From Octopus vulgaris (taxonomy: Eukaryota), in NCBI GenBank assembly GCA_951406725.2, contig OX597814.1, positions 6,076,001 to 6,140,000 of the forward strand: DNA of 64,000 nucleotides. The letters run 5' to 3'. Numbering within the stretch: position 1 is the first letter of the stretch; each line of letters starts with the position of its first letter. Of the stretch, positions 55,631 to 64,000 are shown one piece after another. The notes under the pieces were generated by a model, which was not told the origin of the DNA, did no database searches, and saw only the letters and a program-made list of their open reading frames with translations. The position numbers were made by a program, and so were the translations under genes.

Positions 55631-56371
55631 CATGTTGACTGAGCAGAGGTCATTATTGATGCAATCTCCAGCCTTGACAACACAATGCTTACACACACAC
55701 TTGAATGACATGCAAAGAGAAGACAGAGCGAATCCCGTGCATAAAACCTCTCACACCATCCACACAAACAAAATAACAACAACATACAAAATATGGGGTG
55801 CATTCAAAAAGTCTGCAACTTTATTTTGGGCTAATGTGACGTATGCAAAATCATTTGGGGTGGAGGTGGAGATGAATGCACCCTTCCTCTGCATGCCTGT
55901 CACTTTCCGGCCATTACACCTAAAGTGCAGATGTGTAGAGGTGCACTCGTCAAATTTACATTTTCACTGAACACATCGAGCAGAGATATTGCATCAAGTT
56001 TTGCCAAAAGCTTGGTAAGACTCCAGCTCAAACCACCGAGAAGATCCAGCAGGTTCTGTGAAAACAGAATCTGATGATGAGTGCACCTCCACACATCTGC
56101 ACTTTAGGTGTAATGGCCGGAAATTGACAGGCATGCAGAGGAAGGGTGCATTCACCTTCACCTCCACCCCAAATGATTTTGAATGCATCCCATATTTTGT
56201 ATGTTGTTGTTGTTTTGTTTGTGCATTTTGTGTGGGTGGTGTGAGAGGTTTTATGCACGGGATTCGCTCTGTCTTCTCTTTGCATGTCATTCAAGTGTGT
56301 GTATGTGTGTGTAAGCATTGTGTTGTCAAGGCTGGAGATTCCATCACTTTTACCTCTGCTCCGTCAACATG
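55631..56371. repeat. ~740 bp inverted repeat folded around a mariner 5' fragment
   Basis: Arms 55631-55952 and 56075-56371; spacer 55966-56058 encodes TEHIEQRYCIKFCQKLGKTPAQTTEKIQQVL (mariner N-terminal HTH start); TIR-like tatggggtgcattcaaaaagt at ~55792. Confidence 0.9.
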
Positions 56372-56893
56372 GATCCAATATTAAAACAACATTAAGACCT
56401 TTTCACTGAATCTTGAACAGTTTTAATACTAAAATACAGAAAAACTACCCAAAATAGATCATTTGAAAGAAAGTAGACCATTTTTAGTAGAGCCAATTCT
56501 AAGACAATATGAAGATTACTAACATATAAATAGCTAAACTTGTACAGATTGCTATCTCACAGAAATAGTTGTTCAATAAAGCTACAATTGATAATATTTA
56601 GCAAAGTTTGTTTGTTTTTTTCAGCCTGATATTTCTGCAAACATTTTCTTTTCCAAACAACTACTTAAAGACCACAATCATACTTCCATCAATTTTTCTT
56701 CTCCAAATTGAATCAGTCCCACATTCATCTATCATGGGGAATGGTAAAATCCCGTCAACATCTAAACCAATACTATTTCTCTCTTTTGGAGCGAAGAATG
56801 AGCAGGAAGAGTATTCCAAGGGTTGGAATCCCTGCCCTTTTCTCTGTGTCTCTACCACTCAATCATTTCATTAATGGTTGTTGTCCAGCACAG

Positions 56894-57278
56894 GGGAAGC
56901 ACTCTGTTGGTTACGACGAAGAGGGTTCCGGTTGATCCAAATCAACGGAACAGCCTGCTCGTGAAATTAACGTGTAAGTGGCTGAGCACTCCACAGACAC
57001 GTGTACCCTTAACGTAGTTCTCGGGGATATTCAGCGTGACACAGAGAGTGACAAGGCCGGCCCTTTGAAATACAGGTACAACAGAAACAGGAAGTAAGAG
57101 TGAGAGAAAGTTGTGGTGAAAGAGTACAGCAGGGATCACCACCATCCCCTGCCGGAGCCTCGTGGAGCTTTAGGTGTTTTCGCTCAATAAACACTCACAA
57201 CGCCCGGTCTGGGAATCGAAACCGCGATCCTATGACCGCGAGTCCGCTGCCCTAACCACTGGGCCATTGCGCCTCCAC
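56894..57278 (-). mobile_element. Young tRNA-derived SINE, inverted near-twin of 53988-54377
   Basis: TSD tgtccagcacag (56882-56893 and 57279-57290); only scattered substitutions against the + copy. Confidence 0.92.
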
Positions 57279-57394
57279 TGTCCAGCACAGCAGACAATTC
57301 CAACGAATTACCCTGAAACGTATTCTTTGAAGGTGTCTACTTTAGAACATACAACATTTCAACTATTTGTGGAAGACTGAAACGAGAGGCTTAC

Positions 57395-57498
57395 CTAATA
57401 AAGCTTGTATAGTAAACATGGATGAATGTAGCCATAAGGAACTGGCAGTCGAATCGATCCATGATTCCTCCATGTCCTGGAATGATGTCACCAAAGTC
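57395..57498 (-). CDS. CDS: CDP-diacylglycerol synthase exon carrying the catalytic signature
   Basis: ttgttacag acceptor and gtaagc donor; 104 nt, phase 0-2; [34 protein letters not shown](R) completes the KD..IPGHGG..DRFD cytidylyltransferase signature; absent from the ORF track. Confidence 0.96.
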
Positions 57499-58070
57499 CT
57501 GTAACAACAACAAATAAAAAAAAATTAAAACAAACATAAAACAACACTCACTTTATTTTATTCTCCTCGTTTAGCCATTTCCATTTTGTTCTTTGCACCA
57601 AATATTCCTTGAAAGATTTTATTTACATATAAAAACCGTGCAGCATTTGGAAGTGGAAGGGCTTTTGATACAACGGTGTCCACATCTCACACATGAAAGG
57701 CAGAAGGTACAAAACAATACTGCAGCATACGCGCACACACATGTACAGTAACCCTTCTTGGGCCCCACTGCCTTGAGGGAGAAGTACATCTTGGGGTGAA
57801 GGGTAACCCCTCTTCTACTGTGCTATGATGGATTCTGCTTTGTGTATTCTGGACAGTAGTTAGAGAGCGAGTAGGAGGCTTGCTTGGGGCTTGTCTTGTT
57901 GATGGCTTGACAAATTTATGTCCATGTGTATCATCAATATCATTTAACGTCTGTTTTCCATGCTGGCATGGGTTGGAAGGCTTGACAGGAAGGAACCGGC
58001 AAGGCCAGGGGCCACACTAGGTTCCACAGTCTGTTTTGGCTCAGTTTCTATGGCTGGATGTTCTTCATAA

Positions 58071-58400
58071 AAAAAAAAAGACTCCGCCGGTTACGACGAC
58101 GAGGGTCCCAGCTGATACGATCAACGGAACAGCTTGCTCGTGAAATTAACGTGCAAATGGCTGAGCATTCCACAGACACGTGCACCCTTAACGTAGTTCT
58201 CGGGGATAATCAGCGTGACACAGAGAGTGACAAGGCTGACCCTTTGAAATACAAGTACAACTCATTTTTGCCAGCTGAGTGGACTGGAGCAACGTGAAAT
58301 AAAGTGTCTTGCTCAAGGACACAACGCGTCGCCGGGAATCGAACTCACAACCTTACGATCATGAGCCAAATGCCCTAACCACTAAGCCACGCGCCCTCAC
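58071..58400 (-). mobile_element. tRNA-derived SINE sharing its 3' half with the 53988/56894 family
   Basis: TSD tggatgttcttcataa (58055-58070 and 58401-58416); inserted in an RTE-tail copy. Confidence 0.88.
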
Positions 58401-58511
58401 TGGATGTTCTTCATAATGCCAACCACTTTACAGAGTGGCACTGGCCACCTTTATGTGCTGCTATCACCTGTGTTTTGTACATGACAAATACACACAAACA
58501 TAATTATTTCA

Positions 58512-58912
58512 TGCTGTGTCCGGGGAGAGTCATTTTCTTTTTGTGCCTTAGAATGTAACACACTCACCAGTAAAATTTCCACTTTTTTCTTATTTTTATC
58601 TTCCTAAAGTTTTCGTAGCATCTTGCAACCTTTTCAATAGTTTTGAGTCAAAATAGTTTTGTGGCGCACCTGAGCACTGTGTACAATAATTTCATTATTA
58701 TTATTATTATTATTTTTAAAACTACTGAAAAGGTTGCAAGACGCAACGAAAATTTTAGGAAAATAAAAGTAAGAAATAAATGGAAATTTTACCGGTGAGT
58801 GTGTTAAATCATAAGGCACAAAAAGAAAATGACTCTCCCTAGACACAACAGAATATGCTTCAACACATGAACTCATATAAAGAATCTTGCAAACCAAATC
58901 CAAAAACGAAAT
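58512..58912. mobile_element. Asymmetric inverted-repeat element (arms ~130 bp plus a one-sided tail)
   Basis: 58512-58644 mirrors 58718-58850; a related copy at ~46003-46668 has the same extra right-hand tail. Confidence 0.75.
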
Positions 58913-59147
58913 GTAATTATTTCACTTAGCAATACAAATAACCCGGTGTTAGAACTTAATATTCATGTTGCAGAACGAAGCGTCAGTCGAGTAGAGAGCA
59001 GTAACAAGAGAGTAGAATGGCAAACGAATAAGAGATTATGCCATGGACTTCATTATCTCACCGTGGTTTCTGTTTTAGGATCAATACTCTTGCGAGCTGA
59101 ATGCTTGGCTACTATAACCCTATCACTTCAAACAAAACATCATCATC

Positions 59148-59485
59148 AGTAAGGCGATGCTGGTAACGATCCTGCTCGAATGGTGCCTCCTACATGCCAC
59201 CGGCACGGAAGCCAGTTTTGCCGCTCTGGCAACGATCACGCTCGGATGATGCTCTTAGCACCCTACTAGCACGGGGCACAAGTGCCAGGAAGGCGAAGCT
59301 GGTAACGATCAAACTCGAATGGTGCCTCCTACATGCCACCGGCACAGAAGACAGTTAGCCGCTCTGGCAACGATCACGCCCGGATGATGCTCTTAGCACC
59401 CTACTAGCACGGGGCACAAGTGCCAGGAAGGCGAAGCTGGTAACGATCACACTGGAATGGTGCCGTTTTACGTGCCACTGGCACA
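59148..59485 (-). repeat. ~130 bp tandem repeat (2.5 copies) derived from the RTE 3' UTR
   Basis: Repeated aaggcga(a)gctggtaacgatc...cccta ctagcacggggcacaagtgccagg. Confidence 0.8.
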
Positions 59486-59784
59486 TTTATTCCATTCTTT
59501 TGTCATTCTAATTTCATTGTGATCGTTATTGAATGGCAGCCTTCCATGTTAGCCTGGGTTGGATGGTTTGACAACATACAACAAGCTGGATGGCTGTGTC
59601 AAGCTTCCATGCATGTTTCTGGCTGGAAAGCATTTGACTGACACCAACCCAGAGGACTGGCTGCTGCTGCTTCTCATGACACCAGCATTAGTGAGATTGC
59701 AGCACAAAGAATAAGAGCCCTTAACAGAGTGTCGGGTTGTGGTAGAGGTGGGAGGGGGCTAAAGTATGATCGAGGGATCATCAT

Positions 59785-60025
59785 CATTCATCATTGTTCG
59801 ACCGTGGTCGAGACAATGGAATTTACCATGCTACGCCAGACTTCGCGGTCCATCATGGCATTACGGAGGTCCTGTTGCTGGATGCCTTGTATCCCTGGAG
59901 ATTACATCAGGGTAGGAGAGTGTGCACCCTCTGGTATTGCAAGTAGATGGCTTCCAGAGGAGAAGAGTAGGAATTACCTCTTTTTCAGCTCTACAACAAT
60001 GTCCTGCAAACTGGACTCTCGAGTG
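59785..60025 (-). mobile_element. RTE-type LINE 3' fragment
   Basis: RVQFAGHCCRAEKEVI...LLWKP...LSYPDVISRDT and AMMDREVWRSMV. Confidence 0.7.
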
Positions 60026-60519
60026 TTGCTGTGGGAAAGATACAGGGACACTCAGCATCACATGAGGGTGAGAGAAGTGAGGAGGGAGACAAAGAGGTGC
60101 CAGGGACAGACAGAATATGAAGAAAGGGTGGAGTAGGGGTGTGAGAGGTGTGTGATTGTTGTGGCTGAAGAGGTAAATATCAGTATGGGGGTGGGGTGGA
60201 GATCGGAATAGGAGTGGACGACAATTGGCTGGAAGGATGGAGAGCAGCAGTAGACTTGTAGGAAGCAGGGAAGATAGATATGTGGAGTGGGTGGAAGAGA
60301 TGGAGGTGAGAGGCACATAGGAGTGCCTGTAGGGAGTGGGGAGCAAAGGGGAGGGGGTATGTCAGCAACAAATATGAGAAGGTGCAGGAGAATAACCAGG
60401 CATGGAAATCGGAAGATGTAGCTCAGAGGAGAGGGAAAGATAATTGGGGTGGCGGGGTGGGTGATCTAGAAATATAATTTTAATGAATAAAAATTAACAA
60501 AAAGCAAATTTTTACGAAC

Positions 60520-60654
60520 CTTGATTTTGAAAGCTCTTTTAAAACCACTGGCAAAGAATCCTCCGAAGGGTCCAATTACGGATGCAAACAAGGACAAGGA
60601 GATACTATGTAACATAAACGGGTAGGTTCGAAGAGTACGATAGGGAATGTGCAA
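60520..60654 (-). CDS. CDS: CDP-diacylglycerol synthase exon
   Basis: ttccag acceptor and gttcgt donor; 135 nt, phase 0-0; [45 protein letters not shown] contains the conserved CDS motif [18 protein letters not shown]. Confidence 0.96.
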
Positions 60655-60690
60655 CTGGAATGGAAAAAATAATATAATTTTATACATACT

Positions 60691-60733
<43 letters not shown>

Positions 60734-61081
60734 ATGATATAGAAAGAAGCACATAATTCACAGAGATATGGATGGATGTGTTGTGAAAGTCTAACAGCAA
60801 AAGACAAATATTGGAAACCGAGTAAGCAGCAATTTCAAATGGGCCCTTGTGGTATTTGTTCTGCAGAAGTTGTACAGACAAATCCTCGTCAGAAATACAA
60901 TGAAACAATGATCTTCTCAGTAGAAACCAACAGCTAACTATGTAATTGTTCAAAATAGTTTCTGCTTTAACATAACCTCTTTCTGTCCATATTTTAAAGG
61001 AACAATATTTTCTGGAAACTAACGCATTGTGACCAGCGATCTGTAGCAACATCTGATAGCCTGGTTGGTCATGGTGATATA

Positions 61082-61201
<120 letters not shown>

Positions 61202-61211
61202 ATATATATAT

Positions 61212-62095
61212 GCACCAGGAAATCCATATATAGAACCAGCTATCTTGGTTGAAGGAACAATTCTGAAGGTAGTAGACAAGTTTGTCTACCTGGGCAGCAC
61301 ACTCAGCCGTTCTTGCTCCCTGGATGAGGAAATGTCTTTCAGGTTGCAGAGAGCAACTAATTACTTCTGGTCTCTTCAGTCTCGTGTCTGGTCCCAACAT
61401 GGCATCGCAAGGAGAACAAAAGTTGCTGTGTACCTTGCTTGTGTACTGACATTGCTTCTCTACTCATGTGAGACATGGACTCTGTACAAACGTCAGGTAA
61501 GGGTCCTTGAACGTTTTCATCAGAGATGTCTCAGACACATTCTCAATGTTGGCTGGACCTCAAAAATTCCAGACACACAGATCCTGAGGACAGCTGATAT
61601 CTTGAGTATTGAGGCGATGGTACACAAGCACCGGTTGCGTTGGACTGGTCACCTTAGAATGGAGGATAGAAGGATTCCTAAGCAGATGCTCTATGGAGAA
61701 CTTGAGAATGGAAGGAGACTCCGGCAGAAACCAAGGCTGCAATTTAAGGACTGTGTCAAGTCCTCGTTAAAGGCCTTTGATATGCAGGACACTGACTGGG
61801 AGAACAATGCCTGTCATCGCCACAGATGGAGGAAGCAGGTTAAGAAGGGGATCGCCACTTTTGAGAGAGCACGTATCCAGCATGAAGAACTTAAGCGAGC
61901 TGTACGAAAGCGCACGGCTCGTATAGTGAATGGGGAAAGCTTGGTCTGCAATGTTTGCAGTCATGTATGCTTGTCAAGAGCAGGGCTCATTAGCCACCAA
62001 CGGAGCCGCAAATGCAAAATATAAGATTGTCCTAGAGCGCACAATGTTCCTGAAGGTCGGCAATGGTCTTCCTCGGTCACGAGTGGACGGCCATC
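61212..62095 (+). mobile_element. RTE (BovB-like) LINE 3' portion with an uninterrupted ORF, antisense in a CDS intron
   Basis: KFVYLGS, LLYSCETWT, LERFHQRCLRHIL, RLRWTGH, RIPKQMLYGEL and a terminal C2H2 finger CNVCSHVCLSRAGLISHQR; stop at 62024. Confidence 0.92.
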
Positions 62096-62736
62096 ATATA
62101 TATATGTGTGTGTGCGCATGTGTCTGTGTTTATCTCCCATCACCACTTGACAACTGGTGTTGGTTCGTTTACATCCCCATAACTTAGCAGTTTGGCAAAA
62201 GTGACCAATAGCAAGGCTGCAGCCAAACGAGTGAAACAAGTAAAAGACAAACAAGAAGAATGTTTAGAAAGTATCTGCAGTGAAAGAAGCAAATCATCAT
62301 CATCATTGTTTAACTGAGGACTGGAAAGCCAGGAGGCTGCACCTGATCTGATCCGGCAGAGGTTCTACAGCTGGACGCCCTTCCTAACACCAACCACTCC
62401 GAGAGTGTAGTGGGTGCTTTTTATGTGCCATTGACACAGGAAGCCAGTCATGTGGCACTGGCAATGATCCCCATATGAATGGTACTTATTGCGTGCCACC
62501 AGCACAGGAGCCAGTCAGGTGGCACTGGCATCAGCTACAACTACAATTTCCATTTTGATTTTACTTGACTCCATAGGTCTCTTCAAGCACGGCATGTCGC
62601 CCGACGGTTCAAAGGTACTTTTTTAAGTGGGCTGGTTATGCGACACTGGTACAGGCTGTGATCCCACTTTAAGAGGAAAGCATGACAGCAATTCATTTGA
62701 TTGAGACAAGATGAATAAGGATCGAAAGAAACTTAC

Positions 62737-62889
62737 CAGAGTAAAGAGTCCATCAAGAGTTTCCGGCAAGGAATACTCAGCTATTTTAAAGACTGGGTGA
62801 CGTTCACATTCCATTGAGAGTCTATTTGAGGTGGGATTGAAGCTGATGGGGCAGACAAAATAGTCCCATTGTAACAAAACATAGGAAAG
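62737..62889 (-). CDS. CDS: CDP-diacylglycerol synthase (phosphatidate cytidylyltransferase), internal exon; upstream exons lie beyond the right edge
   Basis: ctcttttcag acceptor and gtaagt donor; 153 nt, phase 0-0; encodes LSYVLLQWDYFVCPISFNPTSNRLSMECERHPVFKIAEYSLPETLDGLFTL, matching the metazoan CDS1/2 FVCP...C.P..F...Y region; in frame with the next exon. Confidence 0.9.
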
Positions 62890-63094
62890 CTGAAAAGAGA
62901 ATTTCATGAGAAATAAGTTTTACAAACCAAAACGATGGTTTAATTTGAATTTTTAAAATTAATTACAGTTGCAGTTTATAATTAGTTGACTCTGTTTACA
63001 GCAGCTAATTACAGCAAGATGATTAACCTTGTAATATTGAACATGGTAGAAAACAATAAATCATTATAATAATGGAGCACAAAGTTAAAACTGA

Positions 63095-63172
63095 CAAAGT
63101 GGCACTTTTGAGATGGCACAGTGGCACTTTTGTCATGGCACAGTGGCACTTTTGTCATGGCACAGTGGCAGT
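63095..63172. repeat. 22 bp minisatellite (~3.5 copies)
   Basis: Unit ggcacagtggcacttttgtcat. Confidence 0.85.
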
Positions 63173-64000
63173 GTGTCACTTTCATCGAGGAACTGTCGTA
63201 TTGTCCCAGGAAATATTCAAGTTCACTTTTAAGAATGTTTAGATGAAGAATCATTCAAAATGATGTGATTAATATATGTTGGAAGTGACAGACATCCAAG
63301 GTAGATTGGCTTTGGGATAGCTTAACCACCCAAGAAGATGCAGAGTGCAATGCCGAGAGTAGCACAGAATGAGGCAGCAAAGGGATATCTAGGTGCCATG
63401 ACCTGGATGTGACCTGACCCCATTAAAGTAGAAAGAGTTAAAGGCCCAAACCCTTGGGAGGGGGGGAGGGGGCAGGAGAGCATTCTTCTCTGAAGAGTTG
63501 CTGTTTTTTCTGCAAATCCTAGACTTTCTTATTCCCTTAATCTACAGAGTTAATACTCCAGATGTGTTAACTACTGCCAGAGTTGGTTGAGCATCAGGTG
63601 GGGGGCTTTGTGATATTCCAGTGAGTGGGGCAGGGTAAGGGTGGATTGGTGAAATTGTTAGAATTTTTTCTGGCTCTCTGTATTCTGAGTTCCAATCCAG
63701 ACATGGCCACCATGTGATAGACTGAATCAGTCACCACTGAACACTTTGTTGTCTTTAGTGGGAAAGTCCACTCTGTTTGGGCCAGGTCCTAGGTTTGAGC
63801 CCCCCACCCCCATCCGCATCACTCTCACTCTTGGACAAACATCTCAATGGCTGTTGGCATTCTACTTTATTCCACATTAAGCAGAAGTAAAGGAAAAATG
63901 ACAGAGGCTGCTGCTGCCACCATGACCACCACCACCACTTACTGCTACAACTACAAAGATAATTGCTGTCAGCATCACTACTTTTAATTCTTATACTGAA

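Overview
Eukaryotic, AT-rich, repeat-saturated genomic DNA. The SINE/LINE repertoire and microsatellite load point to a cephalopod, most likely Octopus (inference). Almost all ORFs in the supplied track are microsatellite or TE artefacts. Reading splice sites by hand gives two real minus-strand genes, both partial. (1) The last four coding exons of a CDP-diacylglycerol synthase (CDS1/2-like), 62889 to 52825, followed by a repeat-free ~6 kb stretch that looks like a long 3' UTR. (2) The pro-peptide and N-terminal catalytic exons of an astacin-family metalloprotease, 11190 to 2221, running off the left edge and built partly from very small exons. The rest is nested TEs: RTE/RTEX, BovB-like RTE, CR1/L2 and R4/Dong LINE remnants, several tRNA-derived SINE families, mariner/Tc1 relics, piggyBac-type and long-TIR MITEs, two non-autonomous Helitrons, and Penelope-like remnants with degenerate hammerhead ribozyme motifs. 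The most unusual feature is a set of long fold-back inverted repeats (about 12.2, 34.8-36.5, 38.8, 55.6 and 58.5 kb). One is a 1.64 kb near-perfect palindrome with a self-templated spacer; another lies between inverted young SINEs in the last CDS intron. No CRISPR, rRNA or genuine tRNA gene was seen.
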